Of a stretch of DNA of 64,000 nt, positions 39,411 to 48,858 are shown one piece after another (within the stretch, counting starts at the first letter, position 1; the number at the start of each line of letters is the position of its first letter). The translations under genes and the position numbers were made by a program. Under the pieces are notes generated by a model. It saw only the letters and a list, made by a program, of their open reading frames with translations. It had not been told where the DNA came from and ran no database searches. This stretch comes from an uncultured delta proteobacterium (lineage in GTDB: Bacteria; Myxococcota; Myxococcia; Myxococcales; Myxococcaceae), in contig CAWCKH010000005.1 of assembly GCA_963796055.1 (NCBI GenBank), positions 188,579 through 252,578 on the forward strand, in the 5' to 3' direction.

Positions 39411-39775
39411 GGTCTATCTCGACTCGGAGCGTCGCTCGCTCGACCCGCTCGTCCCGAGCTACCCGCCCGAGTGGAAGACGCGCCTGGTCTCGAAGGCGGG
39501 GACCATCTCGGTGAACGACGAGGTGGTGTTCGTCAGCACGGCGCTCGCGGGCCAGATCGTCGGTCTCAAGCAGGAAGGGATCCTGCGCTGGCGAGCTCAC
39601 TTCTTCAGCATCGACCTCGGGCCCCCCTCGCGAACGTGCTCACACCCGATGAGGTCAGGTCGTTAGAGGCTGTCAACGCCACTGTCACCTGGGACGCGCT
39701 GCTGAACGCGCGAGCCGTAAACGCCTGAGAAACGCGCCGTCACCCTGCAGTCAACTGTCAGCGATGTCTTGATTC
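39410..39775 (+). pseudogene. IS481-like transposase C-terminal fragment
   Basis: YPPEWKTRLVSKAGTISVNDEVVFVSTALAGQIVGL...WRAHFFSIDLG followed by TGTCA-containing terminal repeats. Confidence 0.55.
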
Positions 39776-39809
39776 GTTCCCTGCCGGGGGACTGAATGGG
39801 CAGCCCAGC

Positions 39810-39833
39810 TTGACAGTAGATTCTATTTAGAAT
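39810..39833 (+). promoter_or_regulatory. Promoter/operator box upstream of integrase A
   Basis: TTGACA next to palindrome TTCTA-TT-TAGAA; the same 14-mer occurs at 42835-42848. Confidence 0.55.
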
Positions 39834-39848
39834 TAGCAGACGAAGAAA

Positions 39849-40742
39849 CACCTGCGCGGCTACCTAAATCGCGCGTTCGAGCTGGCGGCCGAGCGCGAGT
39901 GGTGGACCGGGCCCAATCCCGTCGCCGCTGTCCCAGTGCCGAAGGTCCCGAAGTCCCGCGTGGGCGACTACCTGCGCCTGGAGGAGATCCCGAAGGTGCT
40001 CGCCGCTCTCGCCCCCGAGCACCGCGTGATGCTCGCTGCGAGCCTCTACACCGGTCTCCGGAAGGGCGAGCTTTGCGCGCTGCAGAAGCGGGACGTGGAC
40101 CTGGTGAACCGCCGTCTTGTCGTGGGCCGGAGCTGGAACCGGGACACGACCAAAGGCGGGACCTCGATGGTCATTCCGATCCACTCGGAGGCGGTGCCGT
40201 GGTTCGAGCAGGCGATCAAGGCCAGCACCTCGCACCTGGTGTTCCCGCGGGTGGATGGGAAGATGCGCAGCCGCGACACGAAGCTGGCGGACCTGCTCCG
40301 GCGGGCTCTCGTGCGAGCGGGCATCGTGGACCACTACCTCCATCGCTGCCGGAAGCATGGGTGCAAGCACCAGGAGCAGGCTCCGGACGCAGATGCGAGG
40401 CGCTGCCCGAAGCACCGGCTGAAGCTGTGGGCAAAGCCGGTGGCCCGGCGCATCCGCTGGCACGACACCCGGCACAGCGCTGCGACCTTGCTCCTCCAGG
40501 CGGGGGCGAGCATCCCGGTGGTCCAGCGCGTCCTCCGGCACCATGATCCGAAGCTGACCACGAACCTCTACGGTCACCTGGAGGCGGACTGGCTGGGCGG
40601 GCAGATCGAGCGCTTGAAGCTGAATCGGCTCAGTTCGAGCACAGCTCCCCAAACGGACGCGAACACGGACGAGGAAACCGACGCGAGTCCGGACACTTCG
40701 GTGGTAGATCAGGCTCACTGGCTCCGTAGCTCATCTGGATAG
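39849..40742 (+). pseudogene. Tyrosine integrase A (N-terminus deleted; stop codon created at att)
   Basis: HLRGYLNRAF...YTGLRKGE, TTK, WHDTRH, LRH, NLYGHL; in-frame stop at 39834 and no N-terminal domain. Confidence 0.85.
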
Positions 40743-40793
40743 AGCACCGGCCTTCGAAGCCGGGGGTAGCAGGTTCGAGTCCTGCCGGAGTCG
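40720..40793 (+). tRNA. tRNA-Arg(TCG)
   Basis: GGCTCCG TAGCTCATCTGGATAGAGCA CCGGC CTTCGAA GCCGG GGGTA GCAGG TTCGAGT CCTGC CGGAGTC G; complete cloverleaf. Confidence 0.95.
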
Positions 40794-42139
40794 CTTGGCA
40801 AAGGGGGCGAGATACCCCGGGTTTTCTCGCCGGGATTGTGGCTCTGTTGTCCACGGCGGCATCCCGGGTCCCGCGGGGGTCCCGCTCCCGTTCACCACGG
40901 CCTTCGCGCAGACGTCCTCGGGCTCAGGCATCCCCTCGAAGCGCAGCCGGTCCACTCCATCGCGAAGGAAGTCATCCGCGAGGTGCCCGTAGACCTGCTC
41001 CGTCAACTTCGGGTCCCGGTGCCGGAGCACCTTCTGCACGACGACGAGCGGCACCTTCTCACGGAGGAGCAGCGTCGCGGTCGTGTGCCGGAGGTCGTGG
41101 AAGCGAATCGGTCGTACCACGGGCTTTGGCCACAGGCGCATCTGACACTTCGGGCAACGTCGCAGCGTCCCGTCCGCATCGTTCTCGGCGTGTCGGCACC
41201 CGCGGCGGCGGCACACGTGCTTCCAGCCGCGGACGATGCCGGCGCGGCCCAGGGCCCGTCGAAGGACGGCCTCGAGCGGCACCTCGCGGGAGAGCATCGC
41301 GCCCGGGCCGCGACACTGCCGCTTGCGGCAGCTCGAAGAGCACACATGTGGGAAGACGAGTTCCGAGGGTGAACGCTGGAGCGCCTCCTCGAGCCAGGGG
41401 ACCAGCGCCGCGGCGATGGGTACCGCGTCGGCGTGTCCGCCCTTCGTTGTCTCCCGTTCCCAGCTCCTCCGAACGAGGAGAACTCGCGCCTCGACGTCCA
41501 CGTCCTCTCGCCGGAGCGCTGCGAGCTCGCCCTTGCGAAGGCCGGTGTAGATGGCGCAGGCGAACATCGGCCGCCAGCGCGGGTGGAGGTTGGCCAGCAC
41601 GCGCGGAACCTCCTCCACCCGGAGGTAGTCGCCGACGCTGGCCCTGGGCACCTTCCGCTTGCGGACGAGCGCCACCGGGTTACTGCCCGGCCACTTGCCG
41701 ACTCGAATCGCCGCGGCGAAGGCCCGCGAGAGGAACGCCCGCAGGTGGTTGACGGTCTGCGGCCGGAGCCCCTCGGCTTCCTTCGCGTCCAGGAACTGTT
41801 CCACCACGGCGGGTGTGCACGCGTCGAGGCGCCCCTGAGCAAGGGGGCCGGGAGAAGATGACCGCGAACGCTGCCCGCGTTCGACGCGTGGGAGGCGAGC
41901 CGGGCTGAATACATCACGAGCCACCACTCGAGCAGCTCGCCCACGCTGCCCCCGCCGTTGCGGGGCAGTTTCGGGGTGAGACCCTCCTGCTGTCGCCGGG
42001 CATTGAGCTGCAGCTCCTCGGCGAGCGCCTTCGCCGCGGCACGCCTGTTCGGAACGACCGCCCGGCTCCTGCGGATACCGCTCGCGTCGACCCATCGGGC
42101 GAGCCAGATGCCCCGGCTGTTCTTGCGGACCGTCGCCAT
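40731..42139 (-). CDS. Tyrosine integrase B (apparent frameshift near 41845; reads through att into the tRNA antisense strand)
   Basis: N-terminus MATVRKNSRGIWLARWVD in one frame, then YTGLRKGE, TTK, FHDLRH, LRH, VYGHL in another; ends ...PPASKAGALSR*. Confidence 0.85.
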
Positions 42140-42372
42140 CAGGCGTCCCCCGACATCTCGGGCTTGAGCGGGAGGACGATAGTCTCCCGGGAGCCCGCCT
42201 GAGCAAACCGTCGCACCGCAGCGGGGTCAAACCGGAGCATGCCACCCACCCGCAGCGACGGGAGCTGACCTCGTTCCGCCTTGGCGTAGACCCAGGACCG
42301 AGACACCTTGAGCGCTCGGGCCACCTCGCGCCAGGTCCAGAGCTCCCATTCCGCGTCGAGGCCAGCGCTCAT
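42139..42372 (-). CDS. Excisionase-like HTH_17 DNA-binding protein
   Basis: LWTWREVARALKVSRSWVYAKAERGQLPSLRVGGMLRFD; TGATG overlap with the integrase. Confidence 0.85.
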   Translation of the reverse strand: MSAGLDAEWELWTWREVARALKVSRSWVYAKAERGQLPSLRVGGMLRFDPAAVRRFAQAGSRETIVLPLKPEMSGDA

Positions 42373-42495
42373 TCCGGGGCCCTCTCGCCAGCGGCCGCGG
42401 TGGACGAGGCGCGCTTGGCCTTCCGGGAGGGCAGGGCAAGGCGGGCCGCGGCCCGCGCGGGGGCGAGCCAGGCCGGCGCGTCCGCCTTCGGGGTC

Positions 42496-42831
42496 TCAGC
42501 GACGAGGGGCACGGTGTGGGGCTCCAGGGGAAGCAGGCTTCTGGTCCTTCAGGGCCTCGTACCGGCGAAGGAGCAGCTCCTGGACGTAACCCAGGATGTT
42601 GAGCCTCTTGGCCTTCATCTCCGCCTCCAGGACGTCCACGACGTACTGGGGGAGGCGGAAGCAGGTCCGGAGCTGGACGAGGACCTCCCGGACCGCTTCG
42701 GCGTTGTACGAGACCCCGAGGGCCGGTTTGAGGACCTCCTGAACGAAGTAGAGGTCCTCGGAGGGGACCTTCACGTTGAGCGGCTGGAGCGCCTCGTCCT
42801 TCGGGAGCGGAGTCTTTCCCACGGTCCTCAA
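42496..42831 (-). CDS. Hypothetical protein, possible element regulator
   Basis: High GC3 ORF upstream of xis-int and directly downstream of the TTGACA/operator box. Confidence 0.65.
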   Translation of the reverse strand: MRTVGKTPLPKDEALQPLNVKVPSEDLYFVQEVLKPALGVSYNAEAVREVLVQLRTCFRLPQYVVDVLEAEMKAKRLNILGYVQELLLRRYEALKDQKPASPGAPHRAPRR

Positions 42832-42834
42832 GTG

Positions 42835-42859
42835 GATTCTATTTAGAACTCATTGTCAA
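42835..42859 (-). promoter_or_regulatory. Promoter/operator box of the element B int operon
   Basis: Minus strand TTGACA-ATGAG-TTCTAAATAGAA-TC. Confidence 0.6.
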
Positions 42860-43025
42860 TGGGAGGGGCCCGGTTGCTCGGTCGTGTTTTCCGGTTAGCG
42901 AGGGGAGAACGGAATGCTCGGCCACGCGATTGCCTGATCCAGCCCGTGGACTTCGGCGGCAGGTGTCGTGGCCCGCCGTCGTGTCGCTGATCACTCCTTT
43001 GCATCCCACCGGCATTTGGGCTGGA

Positions 43026-43170
43026 TGGGCCTCCGGTGGCCGATCGGGATCCCGCTCGCCATCCTCCTCGTCTGGGCGCTCGAAGGGGCTGCCGAGCTCG
43101 TGAAGCGCCGCTACGCCAAGGGCGGGATCGACCGGGAGACCTACGACCGCATGCTCCGGGATTTGAAGCC
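43026..43170 (+). pseudogene. SHOCT-domain membrane protein remnant
   Basis: TM segment followed by ELVKRRYAKGGIDRETYDRMLRDL. Confidence 0.5.
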
Positions 43171-43583
43171 GTGCTGGCGAAGACCATTCGGTGAGCACGT
43201 GCGCGCAGAAGCCCGCAACAGCGCCCGGTTGCTGGCCCCAGAGCGCGCACGAGCACGCGTTCGGCCGCACCGCGTGTAGTACGGAAGTGGCGGCCCCTGG
43301 CGAGGCCGACTCGGTGAGCATGGCACTCATGGAGGTCGCTGTGCGGTGGCGGGGGCTGCGGAGCCCGGAGCAGCTTCGTCAGTCCCTACTGAAGTTGCTC
43401 CTTCTCATGGACCGCATCCGGCTCCCGCGTTCTCCAGACGCCAAGCGCGACGACGAGTGACGCTGTCCTGCGCGATTCACCCACCACCCGCGCACGCCCA
43501 CTGGCTCAGCCGACGACGCCTGCACGCTTCTCGGAACGCTGTTGGCGATAGAGTGCCGGTCTTCGAATGAGAGAGCCGGGCGG

Positions 43584-43796
43584 CTAGAAGTACTGATGCA
43601 TCCCGTGATGCCCCGGGCCGAGAGTGCACTTGCCGCCCTGCGCGTTTGGAGTCCCGCATCGGGGTGCTCGCCTACCCGTCCGGCGGCGTTTGGCTCCAGT
43701 GTCAGGGTCCGTCCAGACGCACTCACCAGTGTGTCCACGTTCAAGCTCACACGAGACAACAGGACCAACGCCGGAAATTGGCTTTCCGCAGTTCAT
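43584..43796 (-). CDS. Small Cys/His protein with two C-x-C-x4-GHxGx[C/H] units
   Basis: MNCGKP...SCELERGHTGEC...RCGTP...KCTLGPGHHGMH, 70 aa. Confidence 0.5.
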   Translation of the reverse strand: MNCGKPISGVGPVVSCELERGHTGECVWTDPDTGAKRRRTGRRAPRCGTPNAQGGKCTLGPGHHGMHQYF

Positions 43797-44156
43797 TTCC
43801 GGGAAGTCTACTAGGGGTACCAACCAGGGGGCCAACGCGCTGGTCCCTGGCCCCGGGCAATTTGCTGTGCCACTGCCGAGGGTAGGGGAAGGGCACGGGG
43901 ACCTCCGAGATGAGTCATCGCAGCTGAGCCTCGCCTCGCTCCGTCTCCGCATCCCAGCAGCCCGGCGCGACCATGCCGCCTTCGACACCGACGCTGGCCG
44001 GGCCCGGCACCTGCTCCGACACCTCGGGAGCTATCAGGCGCCGCGGCTCACGCTCCGGGAGGTGGACGCATACCGTGGGGCACGGCTTCAGGAGAGGACG
44101 CGGCGGGGTGCAGCTCCGGCCCCGGCGACGCTCGACCGCGAAGTCGAGCTCCTGAA

Positions 44157-44238
44157 GCGGGTGCTGGCCTACGCGGTCCGCTCGCGGCTCCTTCTGGAGC
44201 ATCCGCTCCGGGACGTACCGCTACTCCGTAGGCCGAAC
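44157..44238 (+). repeat. 82-bp direct repeat flanking IS66 copy 1 (partner 46532-46613)
   Basis: GCGGGTGCTGGCC...CGTAGGCCGAAC is identical on both sides of the IS. Confidence 0.95.
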
Positions 44239-44297
44239 GTAACCGACCGACGACGGACGTCTTGAGCCGTAGCGGCTGACCGGCAGAGTCGGGCGCC

Positions 44298-44627
44298 ATG
44301 CCCCGACGACCCAGCACCGAGGAGTGGATCGCCCTCCTGGCCGAGTTCGAGCAGAGCGGCCTGCAGCAGAAGGAATTCTGCGCCAAGCACGACCTCTCCA
44401 TCGCCGCATTTCAGTATTGGATGTACAGGAAGGCCAAGAAGCACTCCGAATCGGCAGCCAAGCTTTCCGAGTCCTTCCTGCCCATCGAAGTCGTAGGCTC
44501 TGCCGCGCCTCCAGCGCGGCCAGGGGGAGTGGTTGTGGAGATCGCGCTCGCCGGAGGCATCGTGGTCCGGCTGCCGGCCGGGACCGAGCCCAGGTACGTG
44601 AGCGAGCTGCTTCGGGCGCTGCGGTAG
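44298..44627 (+). CDS. tnpA: IS66 accessory protein TnpA
   Basis: EWIALLAEFEQSGLQQKEFCAKHDLSIAAFQYW HTH; FLPIEV...VEIAL. Confidence 0.88.
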   Translation: MPRRPSTEEWIALLAEFEQSGLQQKEFCAKHDLSIAAFQYWMYRKAKKHSESAAKLSESFLPIEVVGSAAPPARPGGVVVEIALAGGIVVRLPAGTEPRYVSELLRALR

Positions 44628-44634
44628 CCGCCCG

Positions 44635-45234
44635 GTGCTGCTCCTCCCGCGGGCAGTCCGCATCCTCCTCGCCGCGAAGCCCGTGGACATGCGCAACAGC
44701 ATCGACGGGCTCGCCGCCATCATCCGTAACGAGTGGAAGGAGGACCTCTACGCAGGGGACCTCTTCATCTTCGTCAGCCGGCGAGGCGATAGGACGAAGG
44801 TGCTGACCTGGGACAACGGGGGCTTCGTCCTGTTCTACAAGCGGCTCGAGCAGGGCCGCTTCCGGCTCCCGGCCTTCCGCGAGGGTGCGCTCGGAGCGCG
44901 GCTGCAGAGCAGCCAGCTCGCCATGCTGCTCGACGGCATCGACCTCAGCCGCGTCCGCCGGCCCAAGCAGTGGGTCCCCCCGCACCCAGTTTCCAACGAG
45001 GGGGGAGGTATGATCTCTACTGCGCGTTGGCACCAGGCTCCGAAGACCACGAGTGTGCGTGGCGAGACGAAGCCGAACGGCTCGCAGCGGAGCTCGCTCA
45101 AGTCCAGGACCGACAGCAGCAGCTCGAGGGTCAGCTCGCTGCGCTCCAGCGCCACATCTTCGGGCAGCGCAGCGAGAAGATGCCGCCGGTCGCCGAGCAG
45201 CTCCGGGCAGAGAAGCCGGTCGACCCCGCGGTGA
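44635..45234 (+). CDS. tnpB: IS66 accessory protein TnpB
   Basis: PVDMRNSIDGL, LFIFVSRR, KVLTWD..GF.LFYKRLEQGRF; frame extends over the tnpC start. Confidence 0.88.
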   Translation: MLLLPRAVRILLAAKPVDMRNSIDGLAAIIRNEWKEDLYAGDLFIFVSRRGDRTKVLTWDNGGFVLFYKRLEQGRFRLPAFREGALGARLQSSQLAMLLDGIDLSRVRRPKQWVPPHPVSNEGGGMISTARWHQAPKTTSVRGETKPNGSQRSSLKSRTDSSSSRVSSLRSSATSSGSAARRCRRSPSSSGQRSRSTPR

Positions 45235-46490
45235 CGCAGGCGACGCGGCGCGCACGCCGCGAAGCGAGGGCCGCGCTCCCCGAGCGCCTCGTCGAGCACC
45301 GAGTCGCTGACGAGAAGCGGACCTGCCCGAAGTGCGGGAGCTCGGAGCTGCGGCCCGTGGGCGAAGGGAAACGGACGTACTTGTACGAGTACGTGCCGGC
45401 CCGCTTCGAGCGACAAGTGCACGTGCAAGAGACGCTGGCCTGCCGATGCGGCGAAGGCCTCGTCACCGCGGACGGGCCTCGCCGCGTGGTGGACAAGTGC
45501 CAATACGGGCCTGGCCTGCTCGCCCACGTCGTCACGGCGAAGTGCGCCGACAGCATTCCTTTGTACCGCCAGGCCAAGGCGCTGGCCCGCGCCGGCGTGC
45601 CCATCAACCGCACCACGCTCGGAGACCTCTTCCACACCACAGCGGACGTGCTCGCGCCCTTGGCCGCTCGGATTCTCCAGCGGGTGCGCGACGCGCAGCT
45701 GGTCCGAGCGGATGAAACGCCCATCCGCGTCCTTGCGGAGGAGAAGACACGTCGCGGCTACATCTGGACGTTTCGGACGGAGAAGCTCATCGCCTACGAG
45801 TACAGCGCGTCCCGGAGCGGTGAGACGCCCGCGAGGGTGCTCGAAGGCACGAAGGGCTATCTGCTTGTCGACGCGTACAGCGGCTACAACGCCGTCACCC
45901 TGCCCGATGGACGCATCCGCGTGGGCTGCTGGGCGCACGTGCGGCGGAAATTCTTCGACGCGCTCGGCACCGCCCCCGAGGCCCAGGGCATGCTGGACCT
46001 CATCCTTGGCCTGTACCGAGTCGAGCACGCCGCCCGCGACGCGGGCGTCCTCGGCCAGCCGGAGCACCTCCAGCTCCGAGCTGAGCAGAGCGTCCCGCTT
46101 CTCGGGAAAATTCGCGACTGGCTGGCCACACAGGTCCCGCTCCATCCGCCGAAGTCTCCGCTGGGCGAGGCGATCCGCTACGCACGTGGGCAGTGGGAGG
46201 CGCTGGGCCACTTCGTGGAGGGTGCCTCGCTGCCGCTCGACAACAACGCTTCGGAGAACGCGCTCCGCACCGTCGCCCTCGGTCGGAAGAACTTCCTCTT
46301 CGTGGGGCACGACGAAGCCGGAGCCGGACTCGCTGGTCTCTACTCCCTCGTGGCCACCTGCCAGGCGAACGGAGTCAATCCGGAGGCGTACCTCGCGGAT
46401 GTCCTCCTCCGCGTGCAGAGCCACCCGGCGGCGCGGATCGACGAGCTGCTCCCGGACCGGTGGATGCAGCCAGCTCCGAACACCTCCTGA
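45027..46490 (+). CDS. tnpC: IS66 DDE transposase TnpC
   Basis: Leucine zipper then FGQRSEK, CPKCG zinc finger, ADETP, VDAY, CWAHVRRKF, DNNASENALR; start approximate. Confidence 0.93.
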   Translation: MAPGSEDHECAWRDEAERLAAELAQVQDRQQQLEGQLAALQRHIFGQRSEKMPPVAEQLRAEKPVDPAVTQATRRARREARAALPERLVEHRVADEKRTCPKCGSSELRPVGEGKRTYLYEYVPARFERQVHVQETLACRCGEGLVTADGPRRVVDKCQYGPGLLAHVVTAKCADSIPLYRQAKALARAGVPINRTTLGDLFHTTADVLAPLAARILQRVRDAQLVRADETPIRVLAEEKTRRGYIWTFRTEKLIAYEYSASRSGETPARVLEGTKGYLLVDAYSGYNAVTLPDGRIRVGCWAHVRRKFFDALGTAPEAQGMLDLILGLYRVEHAARDAGVLGQPEHLQLRAEQSVPLLGKIRDWLATQVPLHPPKSPLGEAIRYARGQWEALGHFVEGASLPLDNNASENALRTVALGRKNFLFVGHDEAGAGLAGLYSLVATCQANGVNPEAYLADVLLRVQSHPAARIDELLPDRWMQPAPNTS

Positions 46491-47598
46491 CCGCTCAGCT
46501 CGGCCGGAGGATCCAAGCTCGAATCGGTTACGCGGGTGCTGGCCTACGCGGTCCGCTCGCGGCTCCTTCTGGAGCATCCGCTCCGGGACGTACCGCTACT
46601 CCGTAGGCCGAACGTGCGCCGGACGGTACTGGACGAGGAAGGGTTTCAGCGGCTCTTCGCAGCGGCGGAAGAGGCGCTCCGACCCGTCCTCCTGGTGGCC
46701 TTCGACACCGGGATGCGGAAGGCAGAGATTCTGAGGCTGCGCTGGGAACAGCTCGACCTCGCAGCCGGGCACATCCGGCTCGAGGCCGAGGACACGAAGA
46801 CGAACCAAGCCCGCCTGATTGTCCTCACCGAGCGGGTGAAGCACGCGCTCCGTGCTCTCCCCCGTGGACTCGGGCGAGCCTCGGTCTTCGCCAATCCGGC
46901 AACCGGAGCCGCGTGGGCCGACCTTCGAAAGGCGTTCCACCGGGCCCTCGAGACAGCGAAGCTCGAGGGCCTCTGGTTCCACGACCTGCGGCGCAGCTTC
47001 GTCACCCGCGCGCGGAAGCACCGCATCCCCGAGTCGGTGGCGATGCGGATGTCCGGGCACCGCACCCGGGCGGTGTTCGATCGGTACAACGTGGTGGACG
47101 ACGAGGATCTGCGAGCGGCCGTGCGCGCGCTCGAAAATCCAGGACACGTTTAGGACAAAGCGACCAAATGCGCCCCCAGAAACACCAAAGCCCCACCGTC
47201 TAAGGGACGGAAGGGCTTCGGCTTTTCGGAGTTGCGGGGGCCTGCTTTTTGGCCTACCGCGAACCGTTCTCCGGTCGCTGGTGGCTGCCACGCGCGGCAG
47301 AGGCCAGGTTCGTGACCGGCAGAGTCGGGCGCCATGCCCCGACGACCCAGTCCGTAGCCGACGTCCGCCGCCAAAACCCCGTTTGTTCTTCCTTGGACCA
47401 CGAGGGGCCCCAGGCGTCGTGCTGTCTGCGTCGCAGATGCGCGCTACCTCGGCTCCCGAGTCGCGGTCGGACCGTAGGCCGAGCTCGCCGGCACGCGATT
47501 CACCGCCTCGCGCGGTTCGCGGTCTTCGGGAGCCCCCGGTCCAGCCGTCTGCACGACGCCAGGCGCGCGGGGCCTGATACGCTCGGGCGGTGATCGTG

Positions 47599-48858
47599 AT
47601 GAGAGGGGTGCGTGGACTCGGGGCTGCTCTTCTGCTGGCCCTGTTCGCCTGCCCGGTGCCGCCTCCGTCGCCGCCGCCCTTCGACTTCGTGCCGTCGGTC
47701 TTCCCTCCGCATCCGTTCATCGACGTACCAGGGACGGGCCTGCCTCTCTCCTTCGAAGCGACGGCGAGCAGCGGAACGCCCGGGCCGATCTCCATCGAGC
47801 TGGTTGGGCTGCCGCCCGGAGCGACCACCAGTCCACCGCTGCCGGCCACCCTCGTCGTCGGACAGTCGCTGCAGGTGACGCTCTCGGTCACCGCGAGCGA
47901 GGGCGACTTTCCTCTGCAGGCGGTGTTCACTGCGGGCTCCCAGGTTCACGACGCGGGCCTGCTGCTGTCGACCCGCGCCGCTCCGCTGGTCAGAACCTAC
48001 GAGGTGGGCACCCTCCGCTTTCTCGAGTTGACCACCGACGCCGGGACCGCGCGGATCGGACTCGAGACCGCCTGGGGAGGCGCGATCGTCGAGGCGAGCT
48101 TCGACGGCCGAAACGCGGTCAACCGCCACGACGACGGCCGCGAGGTCCAGATCGCTCTGTACGACGGCGCGCGCGACAGCGTGGCGACTCCGTTCGCGTG
48201 GGATCCGGTGCAAGGCGGAGACACTTACGGCCATGGGAGCCCGGTAATCGACGAGGCGCAGACCACGGCGAGCCTGTACCTGAAGACGCTCCCCCTCGAG
48301 TGGATCCCGGACGACAAGGACGGCGGCCCGTCGCAAGGGATCCTCTCGGACGTAGTCTTCGAGCAGTGGGTCTACCCGGTGCCGAATGCATTCCCGATCT
48401 TCCGGGTTCACGTTCGGGTCACCCATCTGGGCACTGACTCTCATCCCACGGCGGGCCAGGAGTTTCCCGCCGCGTACAGCTTGCTCGAGCTCAACCACTT
48501 CCTGGTCCCGTCGGGCTCGGCGTGGGCGCTCGGGCCCGTCACGGATCTCGCCCCGAAGACAGCCTCGGAGATCAGCCACGCCTCGAGCGAGGGCTGGGTC
48601 GCGCGGGCGGACGACGGCGGGTTCGGGTTGACGATCTTTGTGCCCGGCTCCTGCGGAGTGGGGGCCACGCAAGACTTCGCGGGGCCGGGCGGCGAGCTCG
48701 GTAACGGTACAGGGTACTTCCGGCTGAATACCAGTTTCCCGATCGGCCCTTCGCAAGTCCTGGATGCCGATTACTATGTCGCCGCCGGAGACTACCGATC
48801 GATCCGCGAGCGGATCTACGGCCTGCGCGCGGTCAGCCCCGCCGCGCTCTGCCAGTAG
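47599..48858 (+). CDS. Hypothetical lipoprotein with Ig-like and beta-sandwich regions
   Basis: LALFAC lipobox, Pro linker, NRHDDGREVQIALYDG and WDPVQGGD. Confidence 0.65.
   Translation: MRGVRGLGAALLLALFACPVPPPSPPPFDFVPSVFPPHPFIDVPGTGLPLSFEATASSGTPGPISIELVGLPPGATTSPPLPATLVVGQSLQVTLSVTASEGDFPLQAVFTAGSQVHDAGLLLSTRAAPLVRTYEVGTLRFLELTTDAGTARIGLETAWGGAIVEASFDGRNAVNRHDDGREVQIALYDGARDSVATPFAWDPVQGGDTYGHGSPVIDEAQTTASLYLKTLPLEWIPDDKDGGPSQGILSDVVFEQWVYPVPNAFPIFRVHVRVTHLGTDSHPTAGQEFPAAYSLLELNHFLVPSGSAWALGPVTDLAPKTASEISHASSEGWVARADDGGFGLTIFVPGSCGVGATQDFAGPGGELGNGTGYFRLNTSFPIGPSQVLDADYYVAAGDYRSIRERIYGLRAVSPAALCQ

Larger units (their letters stand above)
29017..40741. mobile_element. Integrative element A (about 11.7 kb), integrated at the 5' end of tRNA-Arg
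   Basis: 24-bp direct repeat CTGGCTCCGTAGCTCATCTGGATA at 29017-29040 and 40718-40741; integrase remnant abuts the tRNA. Confidence 0.8.
44239..46531 (+). mobile_element. IS66-family element, copy 1
   Basis: Termini GTAACCGA...TCGGTTAC enclosing tnpA-tnpB-tnpC; 2293 bp. Confidence 0.95.
43960..47153 (+). pseudogene. Third tyrosine integrase, interrupted by IS66 (segments ~43960-44238 and 46532-47153)
   Basis: APATLDREVELLKRVL in the first part; DTGMRKAE, TK, FHDLRR, SGH, RYN in the second; 5' end unclear. Confidence 0.85.

Noticed and set aside
47228..47245. att fragment (GTTGCGGGGGC) resembling a tRNA-Met 3' end after the third integrase
   Set aside because: Match is too short and no partner repeat was found.
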